64,000 nucleotides of DNA, from the NCBI GenBank assembly GCA_030704615.1, contig CM060734.1, positions 21,080,001 through 21,144,000 on the forward strand. Reading direction: 5' to 3'. Position 1 is the stretch's first letter, and the number at the start of each line of letters is the position of its first letter. The notes under the pieces were generated by a model. The model did no database searches and was not told the origin of the DNA. It saw only the letters and a program-made list of their open reading frames with translations. The position numbers were made by a program, and so were the translations under genes. Below, one piece after another: positions 11,676 to 21,446 of this stretch. Source of the stretch: Takakia lepidozioides (taxonomy: Eukaryota; Plantae; Bryophyta).

Positions 11676-14600
11676 ATGGGGAGCCCTTGTTTCCAGCGGA
11701 GGAGGAAGAGAAGGAAGTCATTATACTTCACGAGCTCTAGAAACAGGAATAGAGCCAGATATAGAATGAGGATGGAAAGAGTGGACGAAGAGGAAAAGGC
11801 GGAAGAAGAGGGCAAAGAGGAAAGTATGGCGATGGAAGAGCAGGAATCCGGAGAAGAACAGCAGCCTGCCATAGTTCCAAGAGCAGGTGAGGAGGACACT
11901 GCATCCGAGGGAGAGACAGACGCCGAAGATGATGTTGATGCTGGCCTCACAAAGAACCTTATAGTGGAAGAGAGGATGGGGGAGATGCTCCAGAACATGC
12001 AATGCGTGGAGAGCAGTCCGAAGCGCAAAGGGTCCCCGGCGATTGGGGAGTCTTCTAGAGCAGCCAAAAAAAAGGTACAATCTTTGAAACCCACCTTTGT
12101 GCTTCATTGCTGATGTGAACCCCAGTTGAGATTGTATTTCGATATGAACATAGTCTACACACGGCATCTCTGCCAGGTTGCATCAACCGCGAACAAGAAG
12201 CTCAAACAGTGTGCGTTGACGCACACTGTTTGAGCCTTCCATTTTGCTTGCTTGATGATGTGCGAAACGGCCAAATTGGGGAACTAGGGCAGGTTCAATC
12301 CACCACAAATTGGAAGCTCAAACAGTGTGAGTTGACGCACACTGTTTGAGCCCCCCATTTTACTTGGTTGTTGGTGGGCAAAACGGCCAGATAGGGCCAC
12401 TATGCCCAGTTCAATCCTCCACTATTTGGAAGCTCAAACAGTGTGTGGCAACGCACACTGTTTGAGCACCCCTTATCATTGTTCTTCTCACAAAAAATTT
12501 ACCCAGCCAGGGTATCTCTTTGAGGTTCAATCATCAATTTCTTGGTAGCTCTAGCAGTGTGCGTCAACGCACACTGTTTGAGCTCACCTTGTCATTGTTT
12601 TTTTTGTTTCAAAATCAGCCACACAGGGCATGTGTGTGAGGATCAATGAACACTTACCTGGTAGCTCAAACAGTGTGCGTTGGCGCACACTGTTTGAGCC
12701 CACCTTCTCGTTGATTTTTCATCTAAAAAACGGCCACAAACGGCATGTATTTGAGGATCAATCATCACTTACCTGGCAGCTCAAATAGTGTGCGTCAACG
12801 CACACTGTTTGAGCTCACCTTGTCATTGCCTTTGTCATCTGAAAATCGGCCACATAGGGTATGTATTTGAGGATCAATCATCACTTACCTGGCAGCTCAA
12901 ACAGTGTGCGTCAACGCACACTGTTTGAGCTCATCTTGTCATTGTTTTTTTCGTTTGAAAATCGGCCACATAGGGCATGTCTTTGAGGATCAATGAACAC
13001 TTACCTGGCAGCTCAAACAGTGTGCGTTGGCGCACACTGTTTGAGCCCACCTTCCCATTGTTTTTTTCATCTGGAAATTGGCCACAAGGGCATGTATTTG
13101 ATGATCAATGAACACTTACCTGGCAGCTCAAACAGTGTGCGTCAACGCACACTGTTTGAGCCCACCTTGTCACTGTTTTTTTCCTGTGAAATTCGGCAAT
13201 ACATGGCATGTCTATGAGGATCAATTAACACTTACCTGGCAGCTCAAACAGTGTGCGTCAACGCACACTGTTTGAGCTCACCTTGTCATTGCCTTTGTCA
13301 TTTGAAAATCGGCCAGAGTATGTATTTGAGGATCAATCATCACTTACCTGGCAGCTCAAACAGTGTGCGTCAACGGACACTGTTTGAGCCCACCTTGTCA
13401 TTGCTTTTTTCATTTGAATAGGGCCAAATATCATGTTCGAAACACTTGAATTTGGAAGCTGAAACAGGGTGCGGCAAGGCATGGTGTTTTCGGCCCCCAT
13501 AATGCTTGTTTTCTGGTGAGAAATTAGGCCACACAGGGCCTGTCTGCCATGCTCAAACACCATCGTTTCATGCCTCTCTCTTATATCAATTTGAATGAAC
13601 AACCCTGCAGGAGAAGATGCAAAGTGTGGCGGAGGAGATCCCTTCGGGGCAGGGGACGGAGATCATTGTTGATGTTGACGATGAGTTCTATGAAAGCAAA
13701 GCCGTTGAGATGCTGGGGGGTCAGAAGGTAAACTCTCAGCTTGTGGTGCAAAGTATGCTTGCCCCGGGTGGGAGGTTGAAGATTCCCCTATGTAGGTTGG
13801 TTTCCATGCCCGTCGTTCGTCCACCCCTCATCAAGGACATTCTCAAGCTGGAGGCCGAGTTTGTTCATGGGTATTTGGATGGATCCGCAGTCTTTTACGT
13901 TTCTACAAAGGATTCCAGAGGCAATGAGCTCCTTGTGGATGAGTCAATCGTGGACTCCTGGGATCCCATTTGGAGACAGGTGAACGAATCCTTCGAACTT
14001 CTCCTCTCCAAGAAACCTTCCACCCGGGCCTTCTAAGGGAAGATGTTTCACGTTTGGGATGGCAACCACCGGTTGCTTGCATGGATGGCTATCATTGGGA
14101 GGCTGCACTCACAGGAGGAAGAGTGGCATTACTCTGTTCGATCGATGGTGCTGGATTGTGATGGGAACATGATGGGTCTTCTGATGGCAATGAATGATGT
14201 GAACAGGTTGGTTTCTCATTCTACATGTTCCACTTGTGGTTCCGTGGTTCTTTGATTCAAGTCCTTGAATTTCATTCTGACTTTCAGATATCATTCTGCA
14301 GAGGGACGGAGACATCGCAGGTCAAAACGAGTCTGGTTCACACACTGTATAGGATACAAAGGATTGGGCAGATGCCCTTGACCAACTTCAAGACCAAGCT
14401 TTCAGCAGAGATGTACAAGAAGTGCGAAAGCTCCAAGACATCGGAAACGTGGTACTCGTTGACCCGTGAGGCTTTCATGGAGTACATGTACACAGTGAGA
14501 TACATCTTCCTTCATCTGGCCTTTCCATATTCCTGCTTCCACATGTTTGTTTCGGTTTGTTTCCCTTGACCTTGGGTTGATGCAACTCTCGTGCATTCCC

Positions 14601-17339
14601 TTGCAGCAAGACATTGCAGATGCAGGGGAGCGTGGCAAACTGGAATACTACAGCTCAACCCCTGAGGAGAGAAGGACAACAAAGGGGGTTGAGAGTCACA
14701 TCCAGAAAGAGATGACCGCTACAAGAAGGACTATAATGAGTGCTTTTGTGAAGCAGTTGAGAATTGCCGACCCATCATCCGGATCGCAGTTTCTCCTAGA
14801 GATAAAAAAAAACCATTATAACAAGCCAGGCAAGCCAGAGATGGCCCAGGAGAAGTTGCACATGTTGTCTACCGCCGTTGTGTCTTCAGAATAGAAGGTG
14901 AAGTGGCTACAGATATGGAACTCCGATCCCACAGTTAGGGATACCCACATGTTCCCCAGGCCGGAGAAAGAGAAGAAGACCCAACGTGTCATTCCTGTCA
15001 GTGACAATGTGCTGGACACATGGCTTCACAAGGCCACTTAGTGGAGCCAGGTGTGATGTCCTTTCTTGTGTCACTTTCTTTTCTCTTTTCCTGTCCTTCT
15101 CTTTCCATTGCCTCTTACATTCGCTGTGATTGTTTTTGGGTTCATTCTTGCATTTGAATTGTTTTGCAGTTGGAAGAAAGGGCCCGGTCGGTTCTGCATA
15201 CTCAGCTGGCTGACTATGGCATCACTATGACAGCACCGAAGGTCTCCTTCGAAGCATACATGAGGAAATGGAGAGCCACAATGTGGCACTCTTGTTTCTT
15301 TAGAGAGTTCAGCAAGGAGGGTGGCATCAGTCGAACAAATGACCTTGACCAGCAAGAAAAAGGAGAGGAAGCCTGGAAACGATGCCTTTACAGGTGCACA
15401 CCATGGGCCGTTCAGGCTACTTAGTGTGCTGTGGTTGCAATGTACTGTGCTGCATACTGTTTAAGGGGGTCTTATTGGTGTGATGGAAAAGCTGAGAGAC
15501 AATAATTGCATTGCATAATGAGGCTGTCTCTGTTCCTGCAGGTACATAAAGTTTGTTCTCATGGAAGAGAATTGCTTAGACAAACATCCAGATTTCGTGG
15601 ACCTTTGGCTTGTCCCTGCTGGCAACCAGACCATGTTTACTACTGGGATCTTGCATGACTGGGGCCCAGACCATCTTTCTTCTTGTGGTTGGTGTTTGGA
15701 TTGCCCTCCTTCTGAGACCCCAGCTCCGGAGGTGTCTTTGAGGAGAGAGAATGAGCGTATTGCAGCCACTGCCGCAGCAGCCGACCTCGACATTCATGAA
15801 CGAAATTTGAGGACTCTTGCAGAGAAGGAGCCTCCCGCTCAGGATACCCCGGATAGAGGAAGAAAGGCAAAGGGAAAAGATGTTGCTGGTGTTGTGGGGA
15901 AAGGAAGGGGTAGAGGGAAGGTGGCACAAGGGCAGGGAAGTGTTGTAGATATTGGCCCAGTGGTGCATGTCCAGCAGACTCCACCGCATGGTAGGGGATC
16001 CGTGAGAAAGAACAAGGGGGTGGTTGATCCCAAGGACCCGTACCATGCAGTGGAACATCCCACGAGGGTCATTCGCCCTACCAGGTTGGAGATGTCCAAC
16101 ATCGGGTTCCTTGCCATGATGGAGTCCAAGAAATCTGATTTCAAGGGCGAGCCATCACCAGTGTGGGAGAGGATTGTGGAGTTCCTCGGCACGGTGCGTG
16201 TTCTCTTTTGCTTCTTCTCTGCTGTGGGCATGGATCGTTTCAATCCTCTTGAGTATTCCATTGTAATTTTGTTTGCAGGCTAAAATGACCAAATCCTGGG
16301 TGAACGGGAAGGAGAAGTCATATGCAGCCGAACTCATCATCTTGGACATCCCTGATGGGTTGGCAGTCCCGGATGTCCCTCCATCGGGTGCTTGTCCGGG
16401 TTGGAATGCTTTTGATGAGCGCTACTGGCGGTGGGTTTTTTTCCTTTTGCAATTTTTTCCTGTCCGATGCAGGTGTTTTGGTGCTCATCCAGTCCATCGA
16501 CGTTCGCTGTCGCCGTGCACTTGCCAGCTATTTGAAAGCCTCGGGCATGAGAGTCATGAAGACATGGAATTGTGTGAACAGCATGTATCTTACGAAGGGG
16601 GATCGTCCGGGAGAGATGGTAAATTTGCCTTCTTCTTCCTCTTCTTGGTGGTTCTCGGATGGAGTTGTATAGGTTGCTCGAACTCATATGTAGGGGCCTG
16701 ATTTTTTAAGCTTCTTAGTTCCTTGTGGATGTCATGTTCGCAGACTCGTTTGTTTGAAGCTGTTTGTCTCGTCCGAGTGCATCCACCAACGACTCCGGCC
16801 GGCATTGCGGAGTTCGCCATCACTCATGGGGGCAAGTTCATAGACGACAAGATAGATCCTCCCACGGATGACATGCACCACAACTACGTCGACAGCAACG
16901 TGTGCTTGCGAAGGGGGAATGGGGTTCCTTGGAGAGGGGCGAGGGAGAGGAGCCCGGCTTTCATTCAAACGATTGTGGAGTGCTGCACCTACACAGACGC
17001 CAGAGTTCTGGATTTGTCAATGGGCACAGGTTCATCTCTTCAACATTCACATTTCATGAGGTTTGATCGAGCTTGCACTTTCAGCACTTCCCACCGTTCC
17101 AACTGTGTCTTCAATGTCTGCTTCCTACATTCTATTCCACTGCAGGTGCTTCGTATCACGCTTGCAAGGCCAGTGCGCGACATCTCTTTGGGATTGAAGG
17201 GGATGCTGAGATTTACAAGAACCTCCTGATGGGTTTGGGTGGACACACTTCTCAAGTCCTTCCGAAGCCCCGTCCCGCTGATATTGATACAGAGGAGACT
17301 TCCGACAAGGAGCTGGACTCCGACTTTCCCTGTGAGTAA
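11676..17339 (+). pseudogene. Multi-exon ParB/Srx-like domain + beta-class DNA amino-methyltransferase (N4C/N6A-type) fusion gene; disrupted
   Basis: Phase-compatible GT-AG exons: 11676-12074, 13611-14206, 14302-14494, 14607-15050, 15170-~15441, 15542-16193, 16279-16618, 16744-17029, 17146-17339. ParB-like motif FHVWDGNHRLLAW. Motif-IV-like ELIILDIPDG precedes the motif X/I-like RERSPAFIQTIVECCTYTDARVLDLSMGTG|ASYHACKASARHLFGIEGD. Premature stops at 14034, 14892, 15039 and 15422, and a frameshift in a T-run at about 16440. Confidence 0.75.
12200..13495 (+). repeat. Tandem array (period about 116 bp) of 36-bp palindromes GCTCAAACAGTGTGCGT-NN-ACGCACACTGTTTGAGC inside intron 1 of the ParB-MTase gene
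   Basis: Cores start at about 12200, 12316, 12432, 12548, 12664, 12779, 12895, 13011, 13126, 13242 and 13354, plus a degenerate one at about 13458. Confidence 0.95.
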
Positions 17340-17597
17340 GTTCAACCTGTGGATGCTTGAATTGTTGTTTCAATATCGAGAATCACTGTTATTGAGGCAA
17401 AGTTCACATGGGAGACATCCTCTTCGTTGGACTTGTGCATTGCATCATTGTGTTTAAAATGGGTTTTTGTCGACATGTGTAGGAGTCCGCGTGCTTCCAC
17501 TTACCCTCCAGGGCTATCACACCTATTTGGACTTCTTTCCAGTCCTCCTCGGTCTTGCATGCTACCTGTCTATGCGGAGGCACTCACAGCAAGCATG

Positions 17598-18082
17598 TCC
17601 GTTCACGGCACTCGGAGTCCACCCATCGTGGTGTTGGGGCCAGAATCTTTGTGGATGACATAGCACAGGAGGTCGAGACTGATTCTGATGACTGTGACAC
17701 TTGATATGAAGTTTTCTTTTGGTTTTATTCGGGGCGAAATTTGAAATGGGATGGTTGTGTGTCCTTGTCGTCCTGTTTGCAATGTGTGCGTGGAATGCAC
17801 ATTCATGGGAACAAACTATTGTTGGAGATGGGGGTTGCATGGACTGCCCGGATTGTTCCTTCAATCTATTTAGTGTTTTGTGGACCTCACAGACTTGAGT
17901 GCATTGCAAAAACAAACAAACGTCTTCTACCCATTTCAAATTTGGCCCCGAATAAAACCAAAAGAAAACTTCATATCAAGTGTCACAGTCATCAGAATCA
18001 GTCTCGACCTCCTGTGCTATGTCATCCACAAAGATTCTGGCCCCAACACCACGATGGGTGGACTCCGAGTGCCATGAACGGA
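17598..18082. repeat. About 150-bp inverted repeat (17598-17750 vs 17930-18082) with a spacer of about 180 bp
   Basis: Near-identical reverse-complement arms. The same peptide (KTKRKLHIKCHSHQNQSRPP) appears on both strands in the ORF track. Confidence 0.92.
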
Positions 18083-18947
18083 ATACATGCCCTTTGTGGC
18101 CGAGTTTAAAATGAAAAAAACAAAGAAAAGGTGAGCTCAAACAGTGTGCATTGACGCACACTGTTTGAGCTGCCAGGTAAGTGTTCATTGATCCTCACAG
18201 ACATGCCCTGTCTTGCCAAATTTCACAGGAAAAAAACAGTGACAAGGTGGGCTCAAACAGTGTGCGTTGTCGCACACTGTTTGAGCTGCCAGGTAAGTGT
18301 TCATTGATCATCAAATACAAGCCCTTTGTGGCCGATTTGCAGATGAAAAAAACAATGAGAAGGTGGGCTCAAACAGTGTGCGCCAACGCACACTGTTTGA
18401 GCTGCCAGGTAAGTGTTCATTGATCATTAGAGACATGCCCTATGTGGCCGATTTTCAAACGAAAAAAACAATGACAAGGTGAGCTCAAACAATGTGCGTT
18501 GACGCACACTGTTTGAGCTGCCAAGTAAGTGATGATTGATCCTCAAATACATACCCTATGTGGCCAATTTTCAGATGACAGAGGCAATGACAAGGTGAGC
18601 TCTAACAGTGTGCGTTGACGCACACTGTTTGAGTTGCCAGGTAAGTGATGATTGATCCTCAAATACATGCCGTTTGTGGCCGTTTTTCAGATGAAAAATC
18701 AATGAGAAGGTGGGCTCAAACAGTGTGCGCCAACGCACACTGTTTGAGCTGCCAGGTAAGTGTTCATTGATCCTCTGAGACATGCCCTATGTGGCTGATT
18801 TTCAAACAAAAAAAACAATGACAAGGTGAGCTCAAACAGTGTGCGTTGACGCACACTGTTTGAGCTGCCAGGTAAGTGATGATTGATCCTCAAATACATG
18901 TCGTTTGTGGCCGTTTTTCAGATGAAAAATCAATGAGAAGGTGGGTT
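18083..18947 (-). repeat. Second, inverted copy of the 116-bp palindrome array (7 cores)
   Basis: Cores at about 18135, 18251, 18367, 18483, 18599, 18714 and 18830. Spacer variants occur in the same order as in 12548-13300, but reverse-complemented and with scattered substitutions. Confidence 0.95.
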
Positions 18948-19230
18948 TGAACTCAAACATTCTCCCGTCTTCTTCTGTCCCCTTGGCACATTCTCCGAGT
19001 TTGACTCCCAAACTGTCTTTATACTTACCGGCCACTTAACTGACGTTAACTCATGTCCACCTGTCACTGCTCCAATGGACTGTGCAACCTGTGTGGGCTG
19101 TGTTGCCTGTGATGGGCTGTGACAGGCTGTGACAGACTGTGGTAGGCTGTGTTGGCTGTGTAAACACCTATGTTCTCTGCTATGGCCGTATAAATTCGGC
19201 GTTATGACAAGTGCTTCATCCTCCACTGGT

Positions 19231-19260
19231 GGGTGTTTGCAGGCTAGGGTGGACCAAAAA
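19231..19260 (+). repeat. Left TIR of a GGG-ended (Sola2-like) DNA transposon; partner end not found
   Basis: GGGTGTTTGCAGGCTAGGGTGGACCAAAAA resembles the TIR at 52759 and is followed by AT-rich subterminal sequence. Confidence 0.55.
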
Positions 19261-20099
19261 TGCATAACTGTGCAGTTTTTGCAATGACCCCCATTGATGG
19301 TGTCACCTATAGTGGATCGACAATTTAAAATTTCATTGCAATTTCTATGTTGTAAGGTTCTTATCTACAATGGGAAGATATACCAATTGTTAGATTCCCA
19401 AAAAGTTTTTTGTAGTGAAGAGCTATGGACTTTCAAAGTTGTAATTGTGGACTGTAACTGTTACAACACACAAACTTATGGACTAAATAAACATAATGTA
19501 CACTTGTGAAAATGCACAATGGAAAACAGTTTAGAGGTGCACTTTTTGAATACTCCCCAAATCCACTTTCATATGGAAAAAAAACATAAAAGATAAAGAG
19601 CTATGGACTAATTTATAGGTAAAAAGTAGATCAATTTTCATTTGTCCATATCTTTTCAAATAAGGGGATTTGAGGGTTTTACCCTTTTCTAAAGAGATGT
19701 AGGATGACGTGGGGAAGGTGCACCAAGTGTCATATGGAAAATTCTGTTGAAATAACGGATTTCATATGCACGGTCAGGTGCCACGGATGCAATGACGTGT
19801 CGGTTTAGGGATTAAAAAATTCGTAAAAATTGTTTCGTGATCGGGGAGTTTCAAAATGGTCGTGAAAGGGCGCGTATCGTGATTTGCTCGCACACTTGCT
19901 GTGTTTCGTGTTTCGTCCTCTTTCTTGTAATGCGAGTTGTTCGCATTGTTGGAATCTGTGTCTCCGGCTGTGGGGACATCTGCAGCAGCCACCGAGTGCA
20001 TAGACGCAGCTTGCACATCCAGGCGCCTAGAGGACAACTTCGTGACACCCCCTGCAGTTGCATTAGTGTTGTCTCCCCCCCCGTGTCTGTCATGATCAT

Positions 20100-20912
20100 T
20101 TGCAGGTGGGCAATTCCCCCTGCGATGGCACGAGAGATGAGGACGCAGACAAATTACCTGGCATGCTGAAGGATCCCGTACCTTTGTCTGGCGCTATGGA
20201 TCCCATGTCAAAAGTAGCATGCCTTGATTCAGAGGCAGCCGGAGAATCATTGGGCATGAAGGGGGATGATTGTGCAATTGATCTTGGTTCCCCTCGGGTT
20301 GTCCCTACCACTCCCCATTATTTGTTGAAGAAGAAGGACAGAGATCCGACCAGTGCAAAACATTTACTGATTCTAGATGTAAATGGCTTGCTTTGTGAGT
20401 GCGTACATGTTGGTAGTGCTGCAGGGTATATTCCAGATGGCCTTGTTGGCAGAACCTGTGGCAGTAAAATGGTGTTGATGAGGCATGGCTGCATTGATTT
20501 TTTGAACAAGTGTTTTGCGCACTTTGAGATGGCAGTATGGTCTTGCATGACACTTCGCAACTTCCAACCTGTTGTGGAGTGGATTTTCCGTGGCCGGCCT
20601 AATCTTGTGTTTCAGTGGGATGGTGGTTACTGTGAACAATCAAGTGAGAGAAATGGCAGGCACCCATCTAAGCCTATCTTTTTCAAGAACCTGTCAACAG
20701 TATGGCGAGAATTTTCTGTATGGAATGAGAACTACACTCTTCTTGTTGATGACACTCCACACAAAGGGAAGAAGAATCCTGCCTTCACTGGCATATTCCC
20801 AGAGCCTTGGAGAAGCAGGGCTGCCGGGGCGACTTCTGACCAGTTCCTCAATACGAAGTTGTGGCCTTTCTTGGAGGGGGCAGCAAAGACAGCCTCAATT
20901 ACAGAGTATTGA
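20100..20912 (+). CDS. Intronless FCP1/NIF-homology HAD-family phosphatase-like protein (possibly a TE-captured copy or pseudogene)
   Basis: LLILDVNGLL (motif I variant), MRHGCIDFLNKCFAHFEMAVWS, FFKNLSTVW and TLLVDDTPHK are typical of the NIF/FCP1-homology domain. The start codon is uncertain (ATGs at 20163 and 20196). Confidence 0.7.
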   Translation: MQVGNSPCDGTRDEDADKLPGMLKDPVPLSGAMDPMSKVACLDSEAAGESLGMKGDDCAIDLGSPRVVPTTPHYLLKKKDRDPTSAKHLLILDVNGLLCECVHVGSAAGYIPDGLVGRTCGSKMVLMRHGCIDFLNKCFAHFEMAVWSCMTLRNFQPVVEWIFRGRPNLVFQWDGGYCEQSSERNGRHPSKPIFFKNLSTVWREFSVWNENYTLLVDDTPHKGKKNPAFTGIFPEPWRSRAAGATSDQFLNTKLWPFLEGAAKTASITEY

Positions 20913-21446
20913 GGGCCCATCCTCGGCTTGGACAAGCTTCACATAGCACCCTCACAACCCAGCACCCGCAGGTAACTCCAGATTTTACGCGTCATGGCAT
21001 TGTGTTGCCTAGAGGGAAATATATGCAAACACAATGAATTGTATGTCAATGCAAAGTGGAATGCTAGGTGTGTAGCTCTGTCTAGTTTAGCTTTTGTCTA
21101 GTTTTAGTCTTAGTTTGTGTGTAGCTTTAGTTGTAGGGGAGTAAGCTGCCAGCATAGCAAGCAATATGGCTGTAACCTGCTCATAGCTCGGTGTATCTCC
21201 GCTACCACTCATCGTGCAGTATGCTTTGTCTGTGTAGGTGCCTGCCGGGATTACGCAAGTCTCTGGCCACAAGGCATTGCAGGTAAGATTATGCCACTGC
21301 CCCATGAAATCTGCATTGGCTTATCGCCAACCCATTTGCGAGTGGTACTTGTGGAACCCAATCCAATGTGTGGAGCATATGTTCCTGTGTGTAGGTACCT
21401 GGCCATTCACAATCTGCGCAGTTGAAGGGGCAACCACCGCGCATCT

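Noticed and set aside
12650-12665. U1 snRNA genes (ACTTACCTGG)
   Set aside because: The match is limited to about 10-13 nt; no U1 stem-loops or Sm site follow.
12200-13495. CRISPR array (36-bp palindromic repeats at regular spacing)
   Set aside because: The spacers are about 80 bp and homologous to each other, there are no cas genes, and the context is a eukaryotic intron. It is a tandem repeat.
17930-18947. Assembly or read fold-back artefact
   Set aside because: The inverted copy differs from the forward copy by many scattered substitutions and by unit composition, which an artefact would not produce. Read support is still worth checking.
12200-18947. Inverted arrays as the TIRs of the transposon
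   Set aside because: The transposase and exon 1 of the MTase gene lie outside them, and the left array is intronic.
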